Origin: Armatimonadota bacterium | GTDB lineage: Bacteria > Armatimonadota > UBA10988 | Direction: 5' to 3' | Assembly (NCBI GenBank): GCA_016235455.1 | Contig: JACRKZ010000051.1 | Span: forward strand, 1-64,000 | DNA: 64,000 nt | Part shown: piece by piece, positions 27,626 through 38,500 of the stretch | How positions within the stretch are numbered: position 1 is the first letter of the stretch | Layout: each line of letters begins with the position of its first letter | Made by a program: the position numbers and the translations under genes | Notes under the pieces: generated by a model | The model's input: only the letters and a program-made list of their open reading frames with translations | Told to the model about the DNA's origin: nothing | Databases searched by the model: none

Positions 27626-27689
27626 GTCGGCGCTGCACCAGCGCCTCGGCGGGTTGGCCGAAGCGACGGATCGAGACGTTGGCCCTCGG
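27626..27689 (-). pseudogene. Decayed fragment homologous to the 3' part of the TPR-PQQ gene at 31169-33706
   Basis: By my alignment, 55 of 65 positions are identical to 31334-31398, with a 1-bp deletion. Restored reading TEGQRLDPVASANPPRRWCSAD versus PEGPRLDPVASTDPPGRWYGAD. Confidence 0.7.
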
Positions 27690-27903
27690 TGAATGATCTG
27701 CGGCAGCGCGTGCCGCGTCGGGCGGGCTCTGGCCGGGTGCCCGACCGCGCACCAGGCGCCGACGCATAGCAGGCCGCCTGGGAGAGGTCTGGCGCGCAGC
27801 GTGCACGCTCGCAGCGCCAGAGGCTGGGCATGGTACCATGGCCGCCAGGGCCCACGAGTTGTACTCCGATCGAGCCGTCGGGCACCTCGGCGCGGAGGCG
27901 GAC

Positions 27904-30900
27904 ATGGTTGGCTGCTATGTGCTCCTGTGTCTCATGGCCGCGGCCGAACCAATGCCGTCCTGGTTCAGTCAGGTCGCTCTCCCGGCCCAAGCACGCGGCT
28001 GGACGCCAGAGGTGTCGGTCGACTTCGCGGGGCTGCTGCGCAAGCTTGGGGTTGGCCCGGCGCTAGACCCGGGCTCGGTCCGCGCCACGACAGCCGACGG
28101 CGAGGTGTTGCCGACCTGCTTCGTGCCCGAAGCCGGCGCGCCGACCCGCGGCACGGTGCGCTGGAATGCGCCGGCAGGCTACGGGCGCGACGGCCAAGCA
28201 GGGTTCCGGGTCTACTTCGCCCCTCTGACCCAGGTCGAGTGGACGCCGGTCCAGCCTGAGGAGGTCGGACCGGCGAACCTTGTTGCCAATCCCGGGTTCG
28301 AGCGGGGTGGCGCGCCCGGACGGGCCGATGACTGGGTGCTCTACCGCGGAGCGCGTATCGCCGATGGCCCGGGGCTGGCCCATCGCGGCGCGAACTGCCT
28401 GGAGATGAGGCCATCTCCGGACCCCAATGGCGGCCAGATGACCGGCTCTGCGCTGCGCATCCCCGGTGGCCCGGCCGTCAACGTCCAGGGACACCAGACC
28501 TACCGATTCGGCTACTGGCTTCGGGCCGTGGGGACGGTCCCCGGCGAGTACGGCCTGGTCTCGCTGGTCGAGGTCCACTGGCTCGACGCCGACAGGAAGC
28601 TCATCGCCTATGAGCACTACAACCTCGTCGCCGCGGACACGGATTGGAAGGAGCTGGCGCTGGTCCTCGCCGCGCCGGCTGGCGCGCGGGGCTTCGAGGC
28701 CACGATCAGCTTCAACTCCACCCGGGGCGCTCTCTATATCGATGATGTGGCGTTCGTCGCGACGCAACCGGTCATCGTGGACTCAGCGCAGGCCTCGGCC
28801 GGTGGCGCGCCGGTCAGGCTGGGAGTCGACCCGGCGCGGTCGCGTCGTTTCGACTTCACCCCGGACGCCTCGGTGGCCTGGCCTGGCTTCACCCCGATCA
28901 CGGCCCAGAACGCCTACAACAGGGAGGCTGGGTTCGGATGGCTGGCCGGGGTACACCCACCGACTCTGCTGCGCCACGTCCCGGACGCGATGGCGCGAGG
29001 GCTGGTCCTGCCGGCCGCTGGGAGCCGTCTGGCCGTCGACCTGCCCGACGGCGACTACGCCGCCTGGTTCCTGATCGGCGACAGCGCGACCGAGGGCACC
29101 ATCCTCCCGGCCTATGTGGACTGGAGCATCGCCATCGACGGACGTGAGGTGCTGACCTACCGCCCGTCGGCTGCGGCGTGGTACCGCGAGGTCATGTTCC
29201 GGAATATGGACGACTGGTGGGCGCCTGGCGTGGACACCTACGACCGGTTCGTGGCGCCGCGCTTCGAGGAGAGGCGCGCTGCGTTCACCGTCCGCGGCGG
29301 ACAGGCGACCTTCGAGTTTGGCCGGGTCCCGCTCTGCGCCATGGCTCTCTTCGCCGCCGACGCGGGCTTGGAGGCCGAGGAGGAGTTGGCCCAACTCCGC
29401 CGTGCCCGCAAGCGGGCGGTGACCGTGACGCTGGACCAGCCGACCAAAGAGACGGCCGCCGGGCTCGCCGCTGCCGACCGCAAACGCGGCTATGCCTTGT
29501 TCGCCCGCGACACGGGCGAGGTGGTGCTGCCAGGCAGCGCCCCGCGCGCGGGCGAGGCCATCGCGTCATGGTCGGGGTTCGCCGCGCCGGGCCAGTACGT
29601 CTCCTTCAGGGTCAGTCTCTACCCGCTGCAGGATGTCGGTTCGGTGGCCGCGACGCTGTCCGGTCTGGCCGGGCCGGGTGGCGCACGTATTCCCGTGGCG
29701 CCCGGCGACGTGGGCGTAGTGCGCTACATGGAACGCCCGCTGAGCACAACGGAGTACCGCTACACGGTGGCCCCAGTGGCCGTCCAGCCGCGAAACCCGA
29801 TGCCTGTTCCCGCTGGAGTCACGACAAGCTGGGTGGTGCGCCTGGCCGTGCCGGCAGGCGCCGCGCCGGGGCTGTACCGCGGTGCCCTACGCCTGGCTCC
29901 GGCATCGGGCCAGCCGACGCAGCTCCCAGTGACCTTGCGCGTGGTGCCGATCCGTCTGGGCCCAACTCCCATCCCGGCCGGCTTCTACCATCTGGACAAC
30001 GTCTTCTGGTACCACGCCTTCTGGATCAAGAGCTTTGGCACCGACCCTTGGTTGCGCGAGCAGGCCGTTGTTAGCGAGCGACGGCGCCTGGCTTTGCTGC
30101 GTGAGTACGGCGTCAGTAGCCTCGCGTTCTGCGATGATGGCCGCACGGATTTGCGTGTGCACGCCGACGGCGCGGTCGATTCAGTTGGGGATCAGTCGTT
30201 CGTGCAGTGGATGGACCTGTACCGGGATGCGGGTATGGGGCCGATGCCGTGGTACGGCTTCAGTGGGCTCGGTGTCGACTACCTCGACCGCGGCGTCTAC
30301 GGCGCCAAGCTGCCCCAGTTCTCACCTGCCTGGGACCGCGCCTACCGCGCCATCATCGACTGGGCCAAGGCCACCGAGAAGGCGCGCGGCTGGCCAGAGC
30401 TCATCATGTATCTGTCAGACGAACTCTCCAATGAGAAAGCGGCTGGCGCGGAGAAGGGCCGGCAGTTGGTTCAGCGCACCAAGGACATCCCCGGCATCCG
30501 GACGGTCGCGTCACTGAATGGGTCGTGGGAGAAGGTGATGCTGCCGGGACTGAAGTTGGCCATGCCCAACCATGCCTTCCCAATCACACGCGAGACGCTG
30601 GCGGAGATCGCGGCGGCCGGTTGTGAGCTGTGGCTCTACAACATCGGCGACAGCCGCGTTACCTGGGGCCTGTACCCATGGCGGGTCGGCGCGCGCGGGC
30701 GGTTCCAATGGGCGACCGGCGAGTATACGGCGCCGTGGAACCCGTTCGACGCGGACAGCGGCTACTGCATGACGCGAACGACTCTTGACGCCCCGCTGCC
30801 GACGCTTGAGCTGATCGCTCTGCGCGAGGGCATCGACGACCTGCGCTACCTGGTGGCGACCGAGACGGCCATTGCGGCGGCCAGGCGTTCTGGCAGGCCG

Positions 30901-31113
30901 CGGGCCATCGCCAGGGCCGACGCGGCGCAGCGGGAACTGGACCGCATACGCGCGTCGCTGCCTGAAGACGCGCGCCTGCTGATCGGCGCCGCGGACGCCA
31001 CGGCAGACGGCGGAACGGCCAACGGCGAGTTTGCCACGGGCCGCCGGCTGGACAGTCTGCGCTGGCTTCTGGCCAGTCACACGCTCATGATCCAGGATGC
31101 GTTGGCCCCTTGA
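27904..31113 (+). CDS. Large secreted glycoside-hydrolase-like protein (CBM4/9-like, galactose-binding-like and GH123/DUF4091-like domains), about 1069 aa
   Basis: SD ggaggc; NLVANPGFE...LYIDDVAF; FDF...GF...AYNREAGFGW; YLSDE; LREGIDDLRYL. Confidence 0.7.
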   Translation: MVGCYVLLCLMAAAEPMPSWFSQVALPAQARGWTPEVSVDFAGLLRKLGVGPALDPGSVRATTADGEVLPTCFVPEAGAPTRGTVRWNAPAGYGRDGQAGFRVYFAPLTQVEWTPVQPEEVGPANLVANPGFERGGAPGRADDWVLYRGARIADGPGLAHRGANCLEMRPSPDPNGGQMTGSALRIPGGPAVNVQGHQTYRFGYWLRAVGTVPGEYGLVSLVEVHWLDADRKLIAYEHYNLVAADTDWKELALVLAAPAGARGFEATISFNSTRGALYIDDVAFVATQPVIVDSAQASAGGAPVRLGVDPARSRRFDFTPDASVAWPGFTPITAQNAYNREAGFGWLAGVHPPTLLRHVPDAMARGLVLPAAGSRLAVDLPDGDYAAWFLIGDSATEGTILPAYVDWSIAIDGREVLTYRPSAAAWYREVMFRNMDDWWAPGVDTYDRFVAPRFEERRAAFTVRGGQATFEFGRVPLCAMALFAADAGLEAEEELAQLRRARKRAVTVTLDQPTKETAAGLAAADRKRGYALFARDTGEVVLPGSAPRAGEAIASWSGFAAPGQYVSFRVSLYPLQDVGSVAATLSGLAGPGGARIPVAPGDVGVVRYMERPLSTTEYRYTVAPVAVQPRNPMPVPAGVTTSWVVRLAVPAGAAPGLYRGALRLAPASGQPTQLPVTLRVVPIRLGPTPIPAGFYHLDNVFWYHAFWIKSFGTDPWLREQAVVSERRRLALLREYGVSSLAFCDDGRTDLRVHADGAVDSVGDQSFVQWMDLYRDAGMGPMPWYGFSGLGVDYLDRGVYGAKLPQFSPAWDRAYRAIIDWAKATEKARGWPELIMYLSDELSNEKAAGAEKGRQLVQRTKDIPGIRTVASLNGSWEKVMLPGLKLAMPNHAFPITRETLAEIAAAGCELWLYNIGDSRVTWGLYPWRVGARGRFQWATGEYTAPWNPFDADSGYCMTRTTLDAPLPTLELIALREGIDDLRYLVATETAIAAARRSGRPRAIARADAAQRELDRIRASLPEDARLLIGAADATADGGTANGEFATGRRLDSLRWLLASHTLMIQDALAP

Positions 31114-31168
31114 CCATGTCCCCATCTGCGTTGTACACCACGGCCGTGGCGGCCGCCAGTCGCGCGTG

Positions 31169-33706
31169 TCAGGCTGGTGGCGGCGCGGCCGTGGGCCGCA
31201 TGTAGAGCAGCTCACCCAGCCAACTGGCGCCCACGACGCCCAGGTCGTCGACGCACAGCGGCGCGAAGCTGCCTGGCAGGCGCTGGCAACAGACCGGCCG
31301 GCCGGCGCTGGACTCGTAGCGCAGCAGCCAGCGGTCGGCGCCGTACCAGCGCCCCGGCGGGTCGGTCGAAGCGACGGGATCGAGTCTGGGGCCCTCGGGT
31401 ACGGGCACGCTGTAATGCGGCGACCGGGGCGCGGGCACCGGTGGGCCGCCGAAGGGCTCCCGTCGCAGCATGGCGCCAGTGCGCCGGTCAAGGGCCAGGC
31501 GCTCGCCGGGCAGCGAGACCACCACCGACCCACCAGCCAGTGCCACCGCGACGGCTTGACCAGGCATCGTCCACGCGTCCTCGTCGCGGGCGCCTGGCAG
31601 TAGCACCTGCCAGCGCACCCGGCCATCGGTGCGGGCCAGGGCGACCAGCGCGCAGCCGCCGGCGGGTGCCATGCCGAGGACGAAGAGGCCCGTGGCGTCC
31701 ATGGCGACGTCACGGTGCGGCCCACCGTAGCCAGCCGGTCGCTTGACCAGCGGCGCCGTCCGCCACACCTGCTCGTAGCGCGGGTGCCGCACGACCTCCA
31801 GCCGCTCACGTGCCGCGGCGAGGACAGCACGGGCCTCGGCCTGCTGCGGGCCGCGCGCGGCGGCCACGGGTGCGAGCAGCGACTCGGCCTCGCCAAACCA
31901 CTCGTGCTCGAACAGAGCGCGGCCGTACCTCGCGCACACCAAGTTGGCCGCGCGCGTGCCGGGGTATTTGCGCGCGAGGCGGGCGCACTCGGCCACGGTG
32001 CGAGCGTTGGCGCTCACGTAGCCAGTGAACCGCTCCATGACCTTCCACAGCGGCCAGGTGGCCAACGGCAGCCCTTCGTTGATCAACTCGCAGGCCTCGT
32101 CGTTGCTGATGTCGGTATGCTGCTGGCAGACGCACAGGCCCGACTGCTCGCCAAACAGCAGTCGGTGCGGCCGGCCGGGCTTGGAGGCTAGCAGCGTCGG
32201 CGTGCCGGGGCCGAGCAACGGGCGCATAAGGCCGAGGAGTGCCGCGGCGCGGCTGCCGGCCGCCGACAGCAGGGGCTCCCAGTCGGCCGGCGCATGGCTG
32301 TCCTCGGCGCGGCGCAGGGCCAGGACCGTCTGGTGCGTGGTCCAGCCTGGCAGCAACTCGAGGCAGCGACGCGCGACGTCGAGCCGTGCGTGCCGGTTGC
32401 CTATCTGCCGATCCGCCCGCGCCCGCCACGACTCCGCGCTGTCGTAGGGCGCAGGCCTGGTCGCGGCCTGGATGTCGAAGCGGTCCGCGGAGTCGTAGTC
32501 GCCGGCCCGGTCGGCCAGATCAGCCGCGGCGCGCAGACCGTAACCGCTGGCCGCGTAGGTCTGCGCCAGCCGCCGCAGCGCCGCCTCCGCCTCCTGGCCC
32601 GAGCTCAGGTGCGCCAGCCGGTCGAGAGCTGCGGGAGCTGCCTCGCAATGGCCATACCGCGCGACGAACTGCTCGCACGCCGCTTGGGCAGGCTCGCCAT
32701 GGCCGTTCGTGGCCAGCCACAGCCGCGCCGCCTCCGGTTCGCGCTCCGCCAACCAATGCACCGGCTCGCCCGCGGCATCGGGATAGCGGCGGCAGAAATC
32801 CAGGTAGCCAGCGGTGTCGCCACTTGCCAACAGCTCGGTGGCCACCTCCCCGGCGGCACGCTCATAGGCCTCCTTGGCCGTCTCCGCACCGATGTCGGAG
32901 CGCTGTTGCCGCAGCCAGGCCACCGCTCGCGGATGCGACTCCAGCGCGGGATCCCAGGCGAGGAACGGCGCGATCCACTTGCCGCGGCTGGTGCCTGTGA
33001 GCACCGACGGCTCAGTCGAGGCCTGATGGAACACGCTGGCTGCCGCGATCTGGCCGATCAGGCTGCGCGGGTAGTCCTCGGCGATGGCGCGTAGTGCCGC
33101 CAGGTCATCGCTGGGCCCGGTCCGGCCTTCGGGGTGGCAACCGACCCAGTCGTCCTTCGGGATGGCTGCCAGCAGGCGTGCCGCGGGCAGGCTGTCGCTG
33201 CGCGGGCATTGGGCGGCCAGCCGTCGGTCCGTGTCGGCCGCGCGCGGCGCGGCCAGCAGCGCACGCGCGCGGCGGTTCTGCCGCTCGATCTCCTCGGCGT
33301 CGCTCAGGCCAGGACGTGGCTCGGTGGCGGCCAGCCACGCGGTATGGGTGAGCCCATCGGGTTGGTCGGGCTCGGCCGCGCGTTCGAGCGACCACCGACG
33401 CCATCGGGCCGCTTGGCCTTCGCGACAACCGTCCATCTCGTCGCACGCCGCGTAGGCCGCCAGCGCGCCTTGGATGTCGCCCGCGCGTTCCAGCGCGCAG
33501 CCGATGAGCGCCTGCGCCTTGACCTCCACCAGCGTGCCGGCGCACTCGCGCTGCAGCACGCGCAGCCGCGCCACGGCGCTCTGGGCATGGCCGGTGGCGA
33601 TTTCGACGACGGCGGTGGTCAGCACCTGCGACTGACGCGGCGTCAGCGCCGGCTCGGCGCAGGCCATCGTGGCGGCCCACAGCAGACAGAACCAGGCGTG
33701 TTTCAT
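31169..33706 (-). CDS. Secreted TPR-like helical protein with C-terminal PQQ/BamB-like propeller, no DUF3160, 845 aa
   Basis: Signal peptide MKHAWFCLLWAATMACA; ATGA overlap with the upstream gene; shares ACxxMxGC, LAATEPRPGL and CPRSxxLP motifs with the two fusion proteins; VALARTDGRVRW and LALDRRTG. Confidence 0.8.
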   Translation of the reverse strand: MKHAWFCLLWAATMACAEPALTPRQSQVLTTAVVEIATGHAQSAVARLRVLQRECAGTLVEVKAQALIGCALERAGDIQGALAAYAACDEMDGCREGQAARWRRWSLERAAEPDQPDGLTHTAWLAATEPRPGLSDAEEIERQNRRARALLAAPRAADTDRRLAAQCPRSDSLPAARLLAAIPKDDWVGCHPEGRTGPSDDLAALRAIAEDYPRSLIGQIAAASVFHQASTEPSVLTGTSRGKWIAPFLAWDPALESHPRAVAWLRQQRSDIGAETAKEAYERAAGEVATELLASGDTAGYLDFCRRYPDAAGEPVHWLAEREPEAARLWLATNGHGEPAQAACEQFVARYGHCEAAPAALDRLAHLSSGQEAEAALRRLAQTYAASGYGLRAAADLADRAGDYDSADRFDIQAATRPAPYDSAESWRARADRQIGNRHARLDVARRCLELLPGWTTHQTVLALRRAEDSHAPADWEPLLSAAGSRAAALLGLMRPLLGPGTPTLLASKPGRPHRLLFGEQSGLCVCQQHTDISNDEACELINEGLPLATWPLWKVMERFTGYVSANARTVAECARLARKYPGTRAANLVCARYGRALFEHEWFGEAESLLAPVAAARGPQQAEARAVLAAARERLEVVRHPRYEQVWRTAPLVKRPAGYGGPHRDVAMDATGLFVLGMAPAGGCALVALARTDGRVRWQVLLPGARDEDAWTMPGQAVAVALAGGSVVVSLPGERLALDRRTGAMLRREPFGGPPVPAPRSPHYSVPVPEGPRLDPVASTDPPGRWYGADRWLLRYESSAGRPVCCQRLPGSFAPLCVDDLGVVGASWLGELLYMRPTAAPPPA

Positions 33707-35517
33707 CGCGCTGCCTCCAGCGGTCGCGCGGCATGGATCCACGGCCCATACTGCCGGTCGCCCGCGCGGTACAACACGCGGGGTTCGTCGGGCGCCGAGG
33801 CCTCGGCGACGATCACCTCGTCGCCCCTAATCGTCGTCAGCCAGCGTCCATCGGGCGAGGCCAGCGCCGGCTGCCAGTCGTCGTGGTCGGAACCGAGCGC
33901 TATCATCGGGCTTTCCGCTGGCGCGGTCGGCGCAAGCGGCGGAGCCCTGACCACACCCGGGATCGGCAGGCGGCCGGGCACCGGACGGTCGGACATGCCG
34001 ACCAGCAGCGTGAGGCTCAGGCCGTCGGCGCTGACCGACAGGCCGTGGGGCGAGGAGAGCGGGCCACTCAGCGCGTCGACGCGCCCGTCGGGCCAGAGAT
34101 GGACCACGCGCGCCTCGCCTTGCAGCCGCAGCGACGGCTGGTCGGTGACCACCAGCAGCCAGCCGTCACGGCAGGGCCGGCCGTCCCACACCGCGCCGAA
34201 GCCGGGCCCGGGCAGGGAGCGCACGTGGCCATCGAGCTCCAGCACCGCGGCCTGCGGCCAGCGGTCGGCGCCCAGCAGCAGCAGGCCGCGGCTGTCCGGC
34301 TGCCAGGAGACAGCCCACGGCCGGTCCACCGGCGGCTCGAAGCTGCTCACCACACGCCCGCCACGGTCGATCACGCGCTGATCGAGCAGGAGCCCCGACC
34401 CATCGGGTAGCCAGGTCACATGGCGCCCCACGCGGCCCAGCAGGCGTGCTCGGCCGCCGGTCCGTGGCACCAGCGCCAGTTCGCCGCCCAGCAGGCCGGC
34501 CAGCGTTTGGCCATCGGGCGACCAGGCCAAACGGCCGGGACCCGACCGCCAGCCGGGCGCGGCCACGCGCGTCTGGCCGCTGGCGGTGTCCATCAGCGTC
34601 AGGCCGGCGGCTGTCCAGCAGGCCAACGTGGCGCCATCGGGCGACTCCGTGACGTAGGGGCTCGTCACCGTGACCGAGGCCTGGTCGCGCCCCGAGTCGA
34701 GCTGGAGTCGGTGCAAGGTGTTGACTGCCTCGCCATGCACGACGTACCACAGCGCGGCGCCATCCGCGGACCACACCGGCCCGGCCAGATCGGCGCCGCC
34801 CGTCTGCCGCGCCACCTCGCGTTGCCCCTGGCCGTCGCGCCGAACGAGCACGATGACCGGCTGATGCTTGTCTGCGCTGACCACGCAGGCCACCCAGCGA
34901 CCATCGGGCGAGCCGGCTGGCCCCGGCTGCCATGGGTCTTCGTCGCCTGGCCGCGTGGCTGCTCGCGCCCATCCGGCCAACGTGCGGTTGTCCTGCCAGC
35001 CGAGGCCGAGCGCCGGCGCCCATTGGCGGAGCGTGCGCTCGTTGCCCTGCCAATCGCGCCAGAGCAGCCGGTGTCGCCAGTCGGCCTGCTCCTCGCCAAT
35101 CACCAATTCATGGGCCAGGCCAAACGTGCCGGCGCCATCGTCGGCCGGGTCGACCCGCTCCTCGTCACGCGCGCCATGCGGGAAGCTCCGCGCGGGCCGG
35201 ACGCCCTGGTTCTCTGCCAGCGCCGGCAACAGCTCCGGCCGGTAACGTGTCACGTCGACCTGGGCTGTGGTCTGACCGGCGGCCAGCGTCACGAAGCGTG
35301 GCAGATGACCCGCCGCCGTGACCTCCAGCACGACCCCTGCGCCGTTGGGCGCGTCGACCGCGCAGGGCGTGATGCCGGCGGTGTGCATCGCCGGCGAGTC
35401 GGCGCGGCTCCAGCGCACGCGCGCGCCGGCCGGCCGCGAGGTTACCGAGCAGGGCGTCGCCGCGGCCACGCGCCAGGTCAGACAGCACAGCGCGATGCCC
35501 AGCCAGCGTCGACTCAT
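33703..35517 (-). CDS. Secreted PEGA-like plus TolB/PD40-like beta-propeller protein, 604 aa
   Basis: MSRRWLGIALCCL signal; SVTSRPAGARV...GITPC...VTAAGH (PEGA); repeated SPDG and WSADG blades; ATGA overlap. Confidence 0.85.
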   Translation of the reverse strand: MSRRWLGIALCCLTWRVAAATPCSVTSRPAGARVRWSRADSPAMHTAGITPCAVDAPNGAGVVLEVTAAGHLPRFVTLAAGQTTAQVDVTRYRPELLPALAENQGVRPARSFPHGARDEERVDPADDGAGTFGLAHELVIGEEQADWRHRLLWRDWQGNERTLRQWAPALGLGWQDNRTLAGWARAATRPGDEDPWQPGPAGSPDGRWVACVVSADKHQPVIVLVRRDGQGQREVARQTGGADLAGPVWSADGAALWYVVHGEAVNTLHRLQLDSGRDQASVTVTSPYVTESPDGATLACWTAAGLTLMDTASGQTRVAAPGWRSGPGRLAWSPDGQTLAGLLGGELALVPRTGGRARLLGRVGRHVTWLPDGSGLLLDQRVIDRGGRVVSSFEPPVDRPWAVSWQPDSRGLLLLGADRWPQAAVLELDGHVRSLPGPGFGAVWDGRPCRDGWLLVVTDQPSLRLQGEARVVHLWPDGRVDALSGPLSSPHGLSVSADGLSLTLLVGMSDRPVPGRLPIPGVVRAPPLAPTAPAESPMIALGSDHDDWQPALASPDGRWLTTIRGDEVIVAEASAPDEPRVLYRAGDRQYGPWIHAARPLEAAR

Positions 35518-38500
35518 GGCCTCGGCTCCTTGTCGCCGGCCGCCCGGAAGCAGACCAGCGCGCCGTCGTCGCTCCAGGCCAGCACGCCTTGCTCGTCGGC
35601 AATCTCGCCGTCGTACTCGGGCGGCAGCCGCAACAGCGGCACTCGGCGGCCGGTGCCGGGCTCGATGTGGTCCACATCGCGCCGGCTGATCACCCACGCG
35701 TTGCCGGCCGGTGCGTTGGGGCGTTCGGCTTCGTCGAGGTAGCCGTTCTCGTGCCTTGGACGCGACAGCGTGCCCGTGGCCATGTCGATGGCCTGCCAGA
35801 TGGTGTTGCCCTCGCTGTCGGAGTAGCGGATGATCCGTTGGCCCTTGGGGTGGTACGACAGCTCGGGGCCATGGCGCGCCGATTCGACCAGCCACAGCGG
35901 CGTGCGCCAGAGCCGCCGGCCGGTGCTCAGGGCGTAGGCCGACAATGTGCCCTTCTCCTGGTCGTGGTCGTAGTCCATGACCAGCACCCGGTCGCCGACG
36001 AAGCTGCGTTCCATCGGATGGCTGGTGGTGATCTCCCAGCCCGGCCGGCCGGATGCGCGGGCCAGCATTCGGTACTCGTCGAGCCCGATCAGGAACAGGT
36101 CGCCCCGGATCACGATGTCGGGGTTGGCTTCCTTGGACAGCTTCAGCGGCTCGCTATGCAAGGCGCGGCCCGAGACGCGGTCGAGCAGTGCCAGTTCCTG
36201 TCGGGAGACGAGGCACACGACATCGCCAGCGATCTCCAGGCGCGGCTGCTGAGCAGGCCGATGCCAGCGCGTGCGGCCCGTGGCGCGGTCGAGGGCGACG
36301 ACGGACTCCACGCCCGCCAGATCGACGTACGACGCGATGACCAGGTCGCCACTGGCCTGGAGCGCGGGCTTGTCCTGGCCGAACACGCTGTCCAGCTCGA
36401 CGCGCCAGGCCTCGCGCAGCCTCGGCTCGCGGCGCACCGCGAGCCGCTCTCGGGCTTCGGCGAGCAGCGCCTGAGCGCGCGGCTGGAAGGGGCCGGCCTC
36501 GTCGACCAAGGGCGTCACGGCGGCAATGGCCTGCTCCAGCCAGCCGACGAGGAGCGGCCCGCGGGCCCGCTCGATCCGCAGCAGCGCGTAGCTGGGCCGA
36601 CCGGCCGGCGTAGCCAGCAGAGCGTCCAGCCAGGGCGCGTCGTTGTGATCGAGGTCCTGGGCAAGCTCGGCGACGGCCTCCTCGTAGCCCGGGCCAGGCC
36701 CAGCGTCGATGCGCTTGGCGAGCACTTCCAGATCGCTGGGCTCGCGATGCGACCGGGCTGCCTTCTGGCCGACCCATGGGGGTAGCGCGGCCAACAGCTT
36801 CTCGGCCTGAGGCCCGGCCGCGGCCAGCAGGGCGTCGAGCCCGTTGGGATCGTCCGCCTGCTCAACGCAGCGGACCAGTTCCAGGCAGATCCGCCGCGAG
36901 TCCCAGCCCGGCAGGAACGGCTGGGCGTCATGCACCGCCACGCGGAGCGGCTCGACGCCCTGCATCCAGGTGTCCTCGGCCAACGGCGACCGCGGCGCGG
37001 CGGACGCCCAGGGGCCTTCTGGCCGCGCCGCCGCCCGTCGCCACAGGCCGATGCCGCGGTCGAGGTCGCCGCCGATGCAGGCCAGCAGCGCCGCCGCGCG
37101 CAGGCCGTCGCGCGTGTCGGGGTAGTCGCGGGCCAACTGCGTGAGCAGCGCCCGGTCGAGGCCCCAGCCGACCAGGCTGCACCGCATCAGCCCCATCGCG
37201 TTCATCTTGCCGCCGATCAGGCGGGCCAAGGCCAACGGTGCCAGCGCCGACCGCGGATGCTCGGACAGCAGCCGGCGCAGCGCCGGCTCGGGGTCGGCCT
37301 GTTCCTCGCGGGCGGCGCTCCACAACGCCATCACCTCGGGCTCGTGGTCCACCACCCAGCGCTGGAGCGGGTCCTGCTGGGCCTTCGGCCCGAATCGCGC
37401 GCGCAGCCTTCGGTACAAAGCGGCATCGCCCCGAGCGAAGGCGGCGCGCAGCAGGCACGATGCGGACAGGTCGATCCAGCGTTGGGCGGGAGCCATGCCA
37501 GGGGTGATCTGGTAGCGTTCGGCCAGCCAGGCCGCCGCCTGGGGCTGCGGCTCGGCCTGGCGCGCGACGCCCAGGTACGGCAGCACGCGATCCAGCGCGG
37601 CCTGTGGATCCAGGTTGGCCAGGGTGTCGGCCGCAACTACCGCGGCCAGCTCGGCCAGCAGGCTGCCGGCGTTGTCGCGTTGGCTCTGGGTCAGGTCAGC
37701 CAGCGGCCGGGTCCAGTGGTCGTCGTCCCGGTAACCCGGCTCGTTCGCCCACGGCGGGACCCAGCGGGCTGCCGCCGCGGCCAGACGCATCGCCGGCAGC
37801 AGGCGGCTGCGCGGGCATTCGGCCTCAAGCCGTGGAAGATCCACGTAGCCGCCCTCCAGGACCACCATCAGCCGGGCCCGCGTGTCCTGGCGGTCGAGTT
37901 CCTGCTCGGGCGTGAGGCCCGGCTTGGGGTCGGTGGCCGCCAGCTTTGCTTTGAGCTGCCGCTCCTGGCGGTCCTGCTCCGCTCGCCAGCGGCCCATGGC
38001 GCCGCCGCACTGCCTGGCCCGGTCCAACGCCTCGTCGGCCGCCTGGCAGCCATACATCGTGTCGCAGGCCATATACGCGTCGCGCGCCGCGCGCAGGTCG
38101 CCCAGGCGCTCACAGGCCCGGCCGATGAGGATCTGCGCCTCTACCTCGACTTCGGTGCCGGCCACGCTCGGCTGGAAGGCGCGCAGACGGTCGATGGCGG
38201 CCTGTGCGCGGCCGGCGACCAGATCGAGCTCGGCCGTCGCCAGCACCGTCCGTGCGGTTGGCCCGGCGCTGTCGGCGAGGAGCACAAAGGTGCTGGTCCA
38301 GGCTGGCGGCCTCGGGCGCGAGTGCGCCGCGTTCAGGCGGGCGTGCCACTCGTCAGCGGTGACGTCGCGTCGGCCGGGCTCGACGAACTCGTGGTAGCTG
38401 CCGACCGCGCCGACCGCCGCGAACGGCGGCAGGCCAGGCAGCTCGAACTGCTCGACGATGGGTCGGAACAGGCCGCTGCCCACGTAGATGCGGCCATCGA

